Shown: positions 12,866-24,785, numbered from the whole stretch's first letter. The stretch is DNA of 63,062 nucleotides, filler included, from Octopus bimaculoides (GCF_001194135.2; 7 parts of 7 records of this genome joined end to end with filler, not necessarily neighbours in it); one strand, 5' to 3'. Numbers and translations: made by a program. The notes: generated by a model not told the origin, from the sequence alone.

Positions 12866-13318
12866 GAGCAACGCATGCCATGAAGGTGACACTAGGGTAC
12901 TAATATACGAAGCCCAATATACCCTTCATGACTACCCGTCTGATAAGGGTACACCAGGCACATTCATCACAATCATATGTACGCAACGCGGTGATCTTAT
13001 ATCAAGATAAACAGAGCATGATCTTGCCGGTGAGGCCCAGTTAGAATTTTCTTCAGGTCGAGTAGCCCATCCCGCTTAAAAGGTCCCTGAAAAAGGGTTG
13101 TTTAAGGATGTTGAACAAAACACCCATATTTCCAAAGGTGAATTATCCAAACCCCAAAGAATTCCACTCAGCACATAGCTATGATGCTCCCCCACTACTT
13201 CTGCACATGATCAGAGATGCACATATCGTCAGCCACCAAGGGACATGCTCAACTGGTTAAGGTCAAGCAACTGACAAGCAAATCTGTGGTATTGAGCAAA
13301 ATATTTGCTATAGCCCAG
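12866..13318 (-). repeat. Unclassified ~450-bp interspersed repeat ending (minus strand) in (ACTC)n(AAT)n
   Basis: GC-richer than its flanks with a simple-repeat tail at 12797-12865; recognised from memory as a common octopus repeat (unverified). Confidence 0.55.
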
Positions 13319-13324
13319 CGACAT

Positions 13325-13480
13325 CTATTCGGTGGTCAAAGTAAATGGACACCGCTTCGGTTTTGCCATACTTTTTTTTTTTCGATTTAATTTCGCCACT
13401 GTACAAAGGATCTAAAACTCGTACCTACTCATCGAAATAAAGAGTACCAGCAGGAACAGAGATTTCTGTTATTGTTTAAT
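13325..13480 (+). mobile_element. Possible Tc1/mariner terminal fragment
   Basis: TATTCGGTGGTCAAAGTAAATGGACACC resembles Tc1-type TIRs; no partner TIR seen. Confidence 0.3.
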
Positions 13481-14559
13481 TACAGGATCAGAGTCGCTCC
13501 ATTCATATCTGTCGCCCCATATATGTTTATATTTCATGATGGAAATTTCATGGCTATTTCAAATTTCCATCATGAAATTTAAAATAGCCGTCAAATTTCA
13601 TTTTGCTATACTTAGTAAAATGAACTATACTTAGTGGTGCTGCTTTTGGGTGTAAGTTTGGTGTTGTCTATTATTGTAGTATGTTGTCCCTTATTTAATT
13701 AACCTGCTCTACTATGTTCAATTCTGTCCACGGAGAAATCTATCTCCGTTGAAGAATAGGCTGTTATCCTAAGGGAGTAATTCGTTGGTCGTCTTATCAA
13801 ATGGCTCAGAAACTGGGACTCACTACACTCTACCAACGTGTGATACCTAAGAAGCGCTCAGTTGACTCGACCAACCTGATAAGAACTCAGTGAACTTTAC
13901 CAGCTTGTGGACTCTTCCAATGTGTAGCACCTAAAAAAAGCTTAACGAATATAATCGTCGAAAAATAATCGTATTAGTGATATTGTTGCAGGTGGTATAG
14001 TACCCCGTAGAGGCTTTTGTAATGTACCCCTGCACCCTATGCAGTCGGTTTTTTTGTTTTGTTTTTGTTTTTGTGTTGAGGGCTGGCAATGGTTAATTTC
14101 AATAATCGACCAAAGAACCATCATCTCAAACATTCTCGCCTTGCTCTTCCACTTTACACAAATCATAAAATAATATGAAACCTCCAGCGCACACGAAGAC
14201 TTTAACCCACACACATAAAAAGGAAATATATTGATTACTTTTGTTACAAAGGCTGCTATGATTTGTCAATACAAGGTGATAATGACCCACGCGGGACTCC
14301 CGTTGTTCACGCCGCAAAAGTAAAGGAAAAAAAAAAGAAAAACAACAAAACTAATGCCTCTATTCGCCGAAATTACTGGAACAACTTACATCTTTATATC
14401 CTCTCGTGAATTCCATGAACACATTCCCACCACCACCACCGCAGTGGAAAACTTGTTGAGTCTGTAAGCAGAAATCTGTAGGAACAATGGAGCAACGTTG
14501 AGTGACACCGAAATGAACGTGTCTGTGAATTCTTCAGTTTTGGTTGGGCAGTAATTGCA

Positions 14560-14669
14560 GGAGTACATACATACATACATACATACACACGCATGTATGT
14601 ATATGTATATATGTATGTATGCGTGCCTGTATGAATATACGCGTATATATCTATATATAAATTTATATA

Positions 14670-14700
<31 letters not shown>

Positions 14701-14701
14701 T

Positions 14702-14774
<73 letters not shown>

Positions 14775-14805
14775 ACGCGCGCGAGTATGTATGTATGTAT
14801 ATCAA
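14560..14805. repeat. (TACA)n/(TA)n/(TG)n microsatellite block
   Basis: Direct read. Confidence 0.95.
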
Positions 14806-15534
14806 ATAACACGCCTCTCCTTAAGTGTTGAGAGGACACTCAAATATTAGTAACTGTAGACAGAACTTTCTAGATATTAGAAATCCTGAAGGCTAAACTA
14901 TACACAGGTTATAAACTAGCACACTAATGTTATTTGAACACAGCAGGACAAAAGGAGGCTGGATGGCTGACTGAATAAGACATTGGACCAACCGCTGCTC
15001 GTAGATCCACGAGTTCAAATCTGCTGTCAGCATTTCATTCTGTGCCTGGAATAGAATACGTTGCTACAAGTCTCTATCCACAGTACCACTGACGAATTGG
15101 CCGAACAGCGGTAATGTGTGGAAGGGAAGGGCTGTATGAAGGTTGTGAATACTCCATCAGCGCGCTGCGGTTACCACTCTAAGTTATTCCTCTTAAGCCA
15201 ATTTTTGTTTAGATTACCCAAAACATAAATGTTTTCTACACTGATTTATAAAAGTTACTTGGCTACAGGAAATAAGCACAACAACTGTCGTATCAACGAT
15301 GCTTGTAGAGCCAGAAACATGTCTCCAGAATTGTCCTCTTATCTTCAGACAATAAGCATACCCGCTTCCTTAATGGCATGTCGGTTTTAGAGAGTGCTTG
15401 ATTCATGGGATTATCTCCCCATTTCAAGTGGAACTGGTCTTAATTACCATTTGATAACATCCTTTAGAGGTGGAGATGATTTTAATAAATCACGAATTTA
15501 TGTTGTATGGTATTTGATATGCCATTATTTGTCA

Positions 15535-15750
15535 AGGCGGCGAGCTGACAGAATTGTTAGTACGTCGGGCAAAACGCTTAGCAGCATTGCGTTTGTCCTT
15601 ATGTTCTGAGTTTGAATTCCGCCGAGGCTAACTTTTCCTTTCATCCTTTCGGGTCGATAAATTAAGTACTAGTACAATACTGGGGTCGATGTAGGAGAGT
15701 TATCCTCTCCCCCGAATTTGCTGGCCTTGTACCAAAATTTAAAATCGTTA
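15535..15750 (+). mobile_element. SINE family A, near full length
   Basis: GGCGGCGAGCTGACAGAATTGTTAG head, GAGTTTGAATTCC B-box, CCTTTCATCCTTTCGGGTCGATAAATTAAGTAC core. Confidence 0.85.
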
Positions 15751-16221
15751 TTTGTCTATGTTGTTCAAGTACATGGCACACGTCCCTCTGAGTTATTTCT
15801 TGTAGTTCGTTTTTGTTTCAAGCAGACGAAGCCTACGGATAAGCATTTTTTGCCAGCACTATGTAAGTATGAACCTGCTCTAAAACAATTTTTCGAGTCA
15901 TAACTTCTCCAAATAGCATGACGGTTTAGCAACAACAAAGAATGGAGATATCAGGAAAATTGTTTAAAATACTCTGGGTCCCTATTCACATTGCTATCAC
16001 ATCAGCCAATATTTAGAAAATATCCTTATGCTAGTTTAGAATTGGTGAATTAGTTTTTGGAGAAGGTTATGCAACATGAGGCATAGGACTCAATCAACTT
16101 TGTGTGTGTGTGTGTGCGTGCGCAAAAATTTGGGGGTTATAACCCTTGAGAGAACACAAGGATCTAACAACGGAAAAATCACGAACTCTGGCCAGTTTGA
16201 TCTTGTAATTAATTACTTGAG

Positions 16222-16224
16222 TAT

Positions 16225-16282
<58 letters not shown>

Positions 16283-16305
16283 TAGAGAGACAGAGAGAGA
16301 GAGAC

Positions 16306-16336
<31 letters not shown>

Positions 16337-16380
16337 GAGGCAGTGGAGAGAGAGAGAGAGGGGCAGGGGAGAGAAAGAGA
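16222..16380. repeat. (GA)n/(GACA)n polypurine tract
   Basis: Direct read. Confidence 0.95.
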
Positions 16381-16699
16381 ATTAAAAAGATTTAAAAGAG
16401 AAAAAGATAAAGGCCAATGACTCACATAAAATGGCGGTTGGTGCGTGTGGAGATTTAGCGATCTTAGAAAACTCTTAAATCTCTCTAAGAAGATTATATC
16501 AACTGTTAAGTAGAAGCATGACAAGTCAAACAAACAAATATCAACAACAACCATCACCAGTACAACAATAATAACAACAACATTACTAAGAACAATAGCT
16601 GCAAGAACAATAATAAAACTAATCCACAATGAGCGCCATAACATAACAACAACAACAGAAACCACTTTTGGCTACCAATATCAAAAATACAACCACGAC

Positions 16700-16900
16700 A
16701 AACACCAGCAAACGAAGAGTCTCCACATAGTCGCTTGATCTGCTGGAAATAGATGCCGAATTTCCCTAAAAAAAAATCTTACCATCTTAACGCAGAATGT
16801 AATTTCAAGGATAGTATGTGTGAAACAAGATGAAATAGTCACGCACGGCTAGACCACTTTCGACCATCTGTTCTCTCAATAACAGAAGACCTGAGGCACG
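16700..16900 (+). repeat. Unclassified interspersed repeat (related to 21325-21630 and 50055-50130)
   Basis: GTCGCTTGATCTGCTGGAAATAGATGCCGAA resembles GTCACTAGAGTTGGTAGAAATAGCAGCCAAA at 21337; shared ...GACCTG(A/G)GG tail. Confidence 0.45.
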
Positions 16901-17589
16901 AGTGTGAAGAGTAAGTAGCGGTTAGAACAAATCAGGACAGTTGTTAAAGATTCCATCGACAAACTAGTATGAACTTTGTTTAAGTTACTAAATGAGTGAC
17001 GGGTTAAAAACATGAGGAATCGCTATGGAATACTGACATGTTTTTGCCTTAATGTTGCTAAAGTTAATTTTTGCGTAGGCAATTTTACACTGCTGTTTCC
17101 AACAGGTAAATGGCGATTTCTTTCAAATGAATATTTCTCTTCAATGTCCGAGGGAAAGTAAAGTACGACATTCGGAAGAATTTCTGCAATAAAATCATAA
17201 AGAATGATACCTGTTGTTTGGAATTGTTTCTCTGGAAATTTTCCTGATTTTTCTTTTTGTCTTTATCATTCTGGGTCCATTGGATCACTGAACTCAGATG
17301 ATCAGCAGGAAAATCGTTCGTGTAACATGTCTATCGTGTATCCAGACACAATTAATTACTTGTCGAGGGTACTTTTGGACTCAGCGTTTTGGACTCAAAT
17401 GTGAATCTCACGTTGCCAATTAAATAGAATAAAGAAAATGTACCAAATAATTTTTTGACAAAAATTCAAAACTGAAAATATCAGTACAATATTTTTACCT
17501 TCTCTATTGAGATTAATTAAAGTTTTAGTATTATTTTCCTCTCCTACTATGTTTAAAATTGAAATTAAACTGAAGAACCAAATTGAATT

Positions 17590-17995
17590 ATTTATCATCA
17601 TCCACCCGGTCGCACTTCTTGTACGGTTTCCGATGACTCCTTGTCGTCATCCACTTCTATGGTTCATGAAATTCGGCAGGTCAGAAGCATTGCACTTGTA
17701 TCGTCATACATCTGCTTCATGCACATCTTTGCTTGTCAACGTCTGCTAGCTCTTCTTTGCGTAGGCTCCCACAAAAAAAAACTTAACGAACAATTTTGTC
17801 CTAGGCTCTGTAGCTGTCCCTGTGAATCTGACTCTACGCTCTTTGGTTATGTCTGATACTGGACGAAGATTCCCATACACTTGTTCATTGGTTAGAAGAC
17901 CTCTCCAAGTGACATTAAAATCCACTCTTAGCATGCGAGTGTAGGCTCCATCCAAGGCTCCATTCAATCTTCTTTCCAGTCTTGAAGTAAGGGTC
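17590..17995 (-). mobile_element. 3' end of an RTE/RTE-X-type LINE
   Basis: KLEKR..DGAYTRMLRV..NVTW...TNEQVYGNL..VSD..KERRVRFTG, then LWEPT; ends in a (GAT)n-like tail. Confidence 0.75.
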
Positions 17996-18323
17996 TATAC
18001 AATAGAACAGAGTTAAAAGTTGTTTGAATGGTCCTTTTAAATATTGTCTAGAAGTCTAGATTCCCACACTAAAGATAATTTGTAGTAAAATCTCAAGCTG
18101 CAGCTTGAGATTTTACTACCTAGATAAGAAAATTCTTCTACACGGCTGAGAGGTGTGCCAGATACTGTTTTGATTGTTCTGTTTTGACTTAAGCTTATGA
18201 ATTCTATTTTGTCTGAGTTAAATTATTTATAAATAAACTTTTTCTTTTTTTATGATTTTCCTTTTCGAAAATTTGTTTGTTATCGACAATATGATATTTG
18301 GTGTTCAATATAATATTCGACCT

Positions 18324-18545
18324 TAAGGCGCCGTGTGGGGAGAATTGTTTGCAAGCAGGGCAAAACGTGTAAAGGTATTTCGTCCGTCTTTATGCTCCGA
18401 GTTCAAATTCCACCGAGGTCAACTTTGCCTTTCATCCTTTCGGCGTCGATAGAATAAGTACCAATAAGTACCCCTGGGACCGATGTAATAGACTTACCAC
18501 TCCCCGGAACTTGCTGGCCTTAAACCAAAATATGAAACCAATATT
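18324..18545 (+). mobile_element. SINE family A, near full length
   Basis: GAGTTCAAATTCCACCGAGGTCAACTTTGCCTTTCATCCTTTCGGCGTCGATAGAATAAGTACCA. Confidence 0.85.
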
Positions 18546-19479
18546 ATATTCGGCATTCTTCAGATATTCCATCAGTTCAGCCTAAAAGGGCCACCATTAA
18601 CTGCAGTAAACTCTCGAACAGCCTTGCTTATTCGCTCGACTCGTGTACTTCAGTTCCCTTCACCACCGCCATTACCTCATTCTCATAGCGGCACATGGTT
18701 GAACGCTTTACTCTCAAAGTTGCCTGGCATCCAACTGAATAACGACTGTTGTCCGAATTGACGTGCCACTCAGGCTTGGTCTTTGGATTAAAATGAAGTA
18801 CCAATACCCTTACAGGTCAATAGTTGACGTTTCAGAACTCTACTTGTTGTCAGCAATCGTCTCTTCCCTCGGCATAAAGTCCTCAATGATATTGTAAAAC
18901 GTTGTTTGGATGTAAGCAATGGTTAAAGTACAGAACAGCCAAAAAAAAAAAAAAAACCGTACGCCTCCCGTTCGTTCTTCTAAATTAAAATTATGATACA
19001 AAAGTTTTTTGTTTGTTTGTTTGTTTGTTTTCTTGTAATTTTCTTTGATTTTATTTCCTGATAACCAACCAGAATGCTCAGTGTTAACTCTTTAATACAC
19101 AAACAATGCATTAAACATACCGAGTTGCTACGGTTTAGTCACAGGGTAAGTTTAGTTGTGGGAATAGGAAAATAAAGTGTCTTGGAGAATTGGAAGTAGA
19201 CAAGGCAGAGTTTGTTGGTTCCAGAGGGATACAGACAGACAGACAGACAGAGTGGGAGACAGAAACTATATCTTCTAATATAACCTCAGGTCACTCCAAG
19301 TGAAGTTTGGTACACGGAAACTGCGGAAACCCATCGGTTGTATTGCACTAGTTCTTGATTAATAATCTTTAATCCATCACCTGACTTAACACCCTTTCTG
19401 GTCATTGATTACCTTTAATGGAGTCTGTTGTAAATATAGGGACCGGGTTTCGAGTCGAAAGATAACACGTGAGACGAAA

Positions 19480-19797
19480 TTATATTATAGCCTCGGGTCG
19501 ACCAAGGCCTTGTGAGTGGATTTGGTAGACGGAAACTGAAAGAAGCCCGGCGTATATATATATATGTGTGTGTGTGTGTGTTTTGCGTGTATGAGTCTGT
19601 GTATGTATCTGTGTTTGTCCCTCTCACCTTAGTTACGTCCCCGTAACTTAGCGGTTCGGTAAAAGGAACCGATAGAATAAGTATTAGGCTTACAAAGCAT
19701 AAGTCCTGGGGTCGATTCTTTCAACTAAAGACGGTGCTCCAGCATGTCCGCAGTCAAATGACTGAAACAAGTAAAGGAAAAGAATAAAAGAATATAT
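19480..19797 (+). mobile_element. Composite SINE family B (CORE-like part, internal TA/TG microsatellite, Meta-like 3' part)
   Basis: GCCTTGTGAGTGGATTTGGTAGACGGAAACTGAAAGAAGCCC, microsatellite, then GATAGAATAAGTATTAGG...CAGTCAAATGACTGAAACAAGTAAA. Confidence 0.85.
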
Positions 19798-21069
19798 TGC
19801 TAGCAGGGGGAGCACACCCTTACCATCTTCTAGCAGACCACAAGATCACGAGACTGACTCAGTTTCTGCCTGGGGTTAACCTAGTATTATCATGGAACAG
19901 CCACTTTAATGTGGTGATCAACTTTACTTGTGAGTATAGTTACTACTATAATCTCTCCTTGAGATTTTACAACTAGCTATTTTGCTTAACTAAAGTAGTT
20001 TTTGCACTGGATAAACTATTGAAATATTGAAATGGCTAAACTAAAAGGCAGTTAGAATAAAAAAATATTTCCTTTTTCATTACTTGTGTCGCTAGAAGCG
20101 GCCGAATTCCAGAGAAATGTGCTTAGAAACAAGCAGAATTTTGGCTTTGACCTTATTTGTTCTTTAAGCACTTGGAACGCCCAATGCTGTTATAAGGGAG
20201 GTAATCATTTCATCATAATTCAAAGCAGGATTAGTAATTTGAAATGAAATTAAGGAATTTTAAGGAAAAAGATGCAAAGAATTCACACATTTATTTTGAT
20301 TTGCTTTTGTTTAGTCAAACGAAATTCTTAAAGTTTCTAGTCATAGGTAACCGTGTAACCAATTATATTTTTTGACAATATTTCAAAAGTCTGACTCCTC
20401 TGTAGAAAACAAGGGTCTTAGCAACTTCTGGTACTTTGGAAGTTGCTGAAACAACAGGTTGACATAAATTGCAGGGTGCCAGATTAAACTTATATAATAT
20501 TTCATTATAGACGCCGAGTCTTTAAGTTCAAACCCCATATAAATTGAGGGGAGTAAATTAGTGACACTCGGTGGGGGCAAATAGGGCTGTTGTTGTTATT
20601 TTGTTTTTTAAATTCCTGTAATTAGTCGGTCTAAAATCATATGATGTAGCTTTCTATGTAGAGCCTTCCTTCAAAATGGCTGAACTAAGGAAAAAGACAT
20701 TGACGGAAGCTATAAAAAAAAAACTAGCAACATCAATACTTCTTAAAACAACCCCAAATACCACCACCTTGTCTACTATTTATCTCTACTACCTTTACCA
20801 CAATGAACTGTCTTCATTCCATCATGGATGGTAGTAATAAAAGAGACAAAAATAGAAGATTCATAGATTGTAATCCCAACGACAGAAAGATACCAAAATA
20901 TAAGAAACTAAGGAAAGAGAGGAGACAAACAGAAAGAAAGGAAACAAAGAAAATAGGGAACAGACAAGAAAGGGAACAGACAAAGAGGTGAGTGTGACAA
21001 GGGAGACTGAGGCAAGAAAAAAAGGAGACACAAACAACAATAACAGAAACCTAATTAAAATCCTTTTTG

Positions 21070-21255
21070 CTATAGGCCCAAGGCCTGAAATTTTGGGGGG
21101 CGGGGCGAGTCGATTACATCGACCCCAGAGCTCAACTGTCACTTTATTGACCACGAAAGAATGAAAGGCAAAGTTGACTTCACAGGAATCCGAACGTAAA
21201 GCAAGAAGAAATGCTGCGAAGCATTTTGTCCGGCTTTATAATGATTCTGCCTTGC
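21070..21255 (-). mobile_element. SINE family A
   Basis: GTCGATTACATCGACCCCAG...GAATGAAAGGCAAAGTTGAC is the reverse complement of the family core. Confidence 0.8.
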
Positions 21256-21324
21256 GAAACCTTATTAAAAATCATTTAAACAATTCAATAATCTGCAACA
21301 ATTGTAGAAATTAAGTATGTTGGT

Positions 21325-21630
21325 GACTCTCACATGGTCACTAGAGTTGGTAGAAATAGCAGCCAAATATACCTTTGACACCACAAACATCACCATCACC
21401 AGTTGCTTACCAACATTATGCAGTCGTATGACTGGCTAGAAAGAGCAATCAAAGTGCCCTAAAACATAAACCACAGTCCTAAAACGGTTGTCTATGACTA
21501 ACATTGGATAAAGTCATCATAGATATTTGGTAGCTGAAGAAAAAACGAAGAACGAACAGGATGGTCGTTATTGGAATTCTTTTGATCTTAGATCTGCTCG
21601 ATAAGAAATGACCTGGGGCTAAAAGCAACA
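21325..21630 (+). repeat. Unclassified interspersed repeat (related to 16700-16900)
   Basis: Shared 5' motif TAGAAATAGCAGCCAAAT and 3' motif TCTGCTCGAT...TGACCTGGGGCTAAA. Confidence 0.45.
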
Positions 21631-22337
21631 ACAAAAACCAAAGGAAACAACATAAAAACCATAATATTTAAACAAGAACTGTAGCACGACTCCTCCTCTA
21701 CCACCACCACCACTGTTATCAATGCCGCTGACAACAACAACATCAACAACACCGCCCTTATCATCACCAACAACAACACTCCACCACCGTCGCTACACTA
21801 CCACCACAAATACAGACACGCCACTAACAACAACAACAACAAACACAGCAAAAAGCGACACCAGTTCAGGTTTAAATCGAAAACACATACAGAATGGGGA
21901 GCGAAACAGAGAGAGAAACAGAGAGCGAGAGGGAGGGAGAGCGAGAAAGAAAATAACAGACAGAGAGGGGGAGGAGTGAAAGAAAATTAAATATGCGAGA
22001 TAGAGAGTGGGGGAGGTAATACTGGGAAAACTGGAGGAGGAAGAGGACGAGAGAAGTTGAGAAGGAACCGAAGTCAACCAGTGCAGATGTGTGACGTCAC
22101 CAAAGGCAAGGTGACTCTCGAAATAGTTGTCTGAGGAAGGAATTACACGTGACACTCTCTAGTGTTGAGTTGTAGTTTTAGCACAGAGAGTGCGTGTGGA
22201 TGTGTGGGAATGTGGAGGTATGTGTGGAGTGTGTGCAGGGGGGACGAGTGGGATTACAGGGGTGTGTGTATACAAGTGTACTTAAGAACGTAAGGTCGAA
22301 TAGTTTCTCATACATAGGTATATCAATATTTCTGAAT

Positions 22338-22369
<32 letters not shown>

Positions 22370-22729
22370 GCATATATATATATATGCATATATATATATA
22401 TGCATATATATATATATGCNNNNNNNNNNNNNNNNNNNNNNNNNNNNNNNNNNNNNNNNNNNNTTAATTAATTAANNNNNNNNNNNNNNNNNNNNNNNNN
22501 NNNNNNNNNNNNNNNNNNNGTATGTATATGTATATATATGTATGTATGTATATGTATATATATATGTATGTATATGTATATATATATATGTATGTATATG
22601 TATATATATATATATATTAGTTATTATTATTTACTTGAACGTAATGCCTCAATTTTTATTATCGTAATTCTGTTTATTTTCTGTAGCATTTTTTATGTTC
22701 GTTTTTAAAATAATACCCACATTCACATT

Positions 22730-23847
22730 GTGCAGGACATCTCATTCTTTCGGTAGAGTAGTGAAGAGCTTTGCACCTTTGAATCTATTGCAGTACCTGT
22801 TTTTCCATTTCGACGGGATGGACGATAGCTTTGGTACTACCCAACGGTTTTCATTTGAGGTATCTCTATAAAAGTTAATGCAGAAACTAGGAACTAACTC
22901 TTCCAGAAATTTTCATGTGTGCATTCCTACTTACTGCACGCGTCTTCGACACACGGAGTAGATTCGCGTGCTTGTTATAGAGACTTGTAGTTTATTTGTG
23001 CAATTTTTGTGTAGAAACATTGGGCAATATCCGTTATTAGCTTGACACTATGTGATGACCACTGCTTAGAAAAATATCCCAGGCAGCTGAGAGTAAATGT
23101 CTTCCACCTTGTCTTGTTACCCTGACTAGGAGGACCTATCACTTCTGCCAGTTTTCTGACCTTTGTTGCCATCATGGTACATCACTACACATACTGACCC
23201 CCAAGTCACTCACTATCTGTGGTTTCCAGTGACTTTCTGTATACAAAAGTTGTGGTGCATTTTTTTCGCTAACTGCTCTGTGCTTCACCTCTTCTATCAT
23301 ACAATTGCATACTGTTTAGTTCAACTCAATTGTATATTGCATTTAGGTGTCTCTAGAACCTCACTACATTGACAACGTACTTTACTGCCCGCAATATTTT
23401 TGTATCATCGGCGTATTTAGCGGCAGTGCTTGTATAAGTGTCCTTGGGAATATCGAAGCAAGCTATCATGAATAGTAATTGCCCCAAAGCAGAATTTCTG
23501 TTATCTTAGAGAGTGTTCCATTGGCTGCAACTGTCTAAATCCTATCTTTTACGAAGCCGTGCAGCAGCTTTCCTTGCATATCAGCTATGCTAATGACACG
23601 CGAATTGTAACAAATGATTCCAAGATACACCTAGTCACAGAACTTTACGAAACCAAGGTATATGCTAACGCCATTTGAATGTTTGAGAAGCTGCTTCAAA
23701 ACCCAGTCATGATGTCATAAGAGATTTGTGAGGTAACGTCCTGGCGGAATCAATGTAACGTGTCGTTCAGTATGACATTTACTTCGAGGACGACTTATCT
23801 GCACCCAACTGCTCTTTAGTTCCGTGATTTTGCTGATATATGAAATC
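22730..23847 (-). mobile_element. Highly degenerate CR1/L2-type LINE RT fragment
   Basis: Minus-strand motifs KYADDTKIL (23400-23420), SDLGV, FKGAKLFTTLP; many stops and frameshifts. Confidence 0.7.
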
Positions 23848-24098
23848 NNNNNNNNNNNNNNNNNNNNNNNNNNNNNNNNNNNNNNNNNNNNNNNNNNNNN
23901 NNNNNNNNNNNNNNNNNNNNNNNNNNNNNNNNNNNNNNNNNNNNNNNNNNNNNNNNNNNNNNNNNNNNNNNNNNNNNNNNNNNNNNNNNNNNNNNNNNNN
24001 NNNNNNNNNNNNNNNNNNNNNNNNNNNNNNNNNNNNNNNNNNNNNNNNNNNNNNNNNNNNNNNNNNNNNNNNNNNNNNNNNNNNNNNNNNNNNNNNNN

Positions 24099-24415
24099 TC
24101 CCGCAGCTCGTCTCTTTAGCCGAACTGCAGTCGTGGATTAAACAGAGACCTAGGCTCGGCGAATGGCACCGCGAGTATCGCGTTGCTCTCAAGCAACTCT
24201 GCCGTCCGGGACCAATCTTGTGCAACTTTGATTCCACAAAAGCGTTCTATAGAGGATTAGTGGAGGGGAGGTGCGACGACGATCTCGGGCAGAATCTGGG
24301 CGTCGACGAGGAACAGCTGACCCGCCTGTTCAGGACAACTTTCGGGCCGGGACCTATGGACAACCACTAGAGATCCCTGGCCTGGCATTACCCGTTCGGG
24401 ATAAGCTTTACAGCT
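24099..24415 (+). mobile_element. GC-rich Tx1/L1-like LINE ORF2 C-terminal fragment
   Basis: Open frame PQLVSLAELQSWIK...LTRLFRTTFGPGPMDN followed after a frameshift by LAW/LPVRDKLY, resembling the post-RT segment of Tx1-type ORF2. Confidence 0.5.
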
Positions 24416-24419
24416 TATA

Positions 24420-24785
24420 TATTCGTTTACTCTTTTGCGTCAAATCATTGAACTGTGGCCATACTTGAAGGATATTTAGTCAAACAAATCGATCCCAGGA
24501 CTTGTGTTTTTAAACCTAGCACTTATTCTATCGTTTTCTTTGTCAAAACGCTTGTTACGGTAACGTAAACACACCAACACCGGAGGGACACAAACACAGA
24601 CATAAAAACACATGCACCCAAACACACACACACATACACACATATATGTATATTCATTTGGATTCTTTCAGTGTCCATCTACCTAATCATCTCACAAGGC
24701 TTTTGCCCAAGGTGCCACGCAGTGTAACGAACCCGAATCCATGTGGTTGGGAAGCAAGCTTCTCACCACACGACCACGCTTGCAT
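24420..24785 (-). mobile_element. Composite SINE family B
   Basis: CTAGCACTTATTCTATCG, internal (CA)n, GCCCAAGGTGCCACGCAGTG and A-box end CACCACACGACCACGC. Confidence 0.8.

Noticed and set aside
14960-15115. tRNA-like head followed by CTGACGA-ATTGGCC-GAAC, a possible deleted hammerhead
   Set aside because: No stem II and incomplete GAAA; it would need an unobserved deletion
17097-17110. 14-mer TTTCCAACAGGTAA shared with 37026-37039, donor-like
   Set aside because: A shared 14-mer is expected by chance in 63 kb of AT-rich DNA, and the adjoining frames are closed or unrecognisable
22085-22155. CRE (TGACGTCA) and E-box (CACGTG) motifs near a purine-rich tract
   Set aside because: Short motifs without transcript or chromatin evidence cannot support a promoter call
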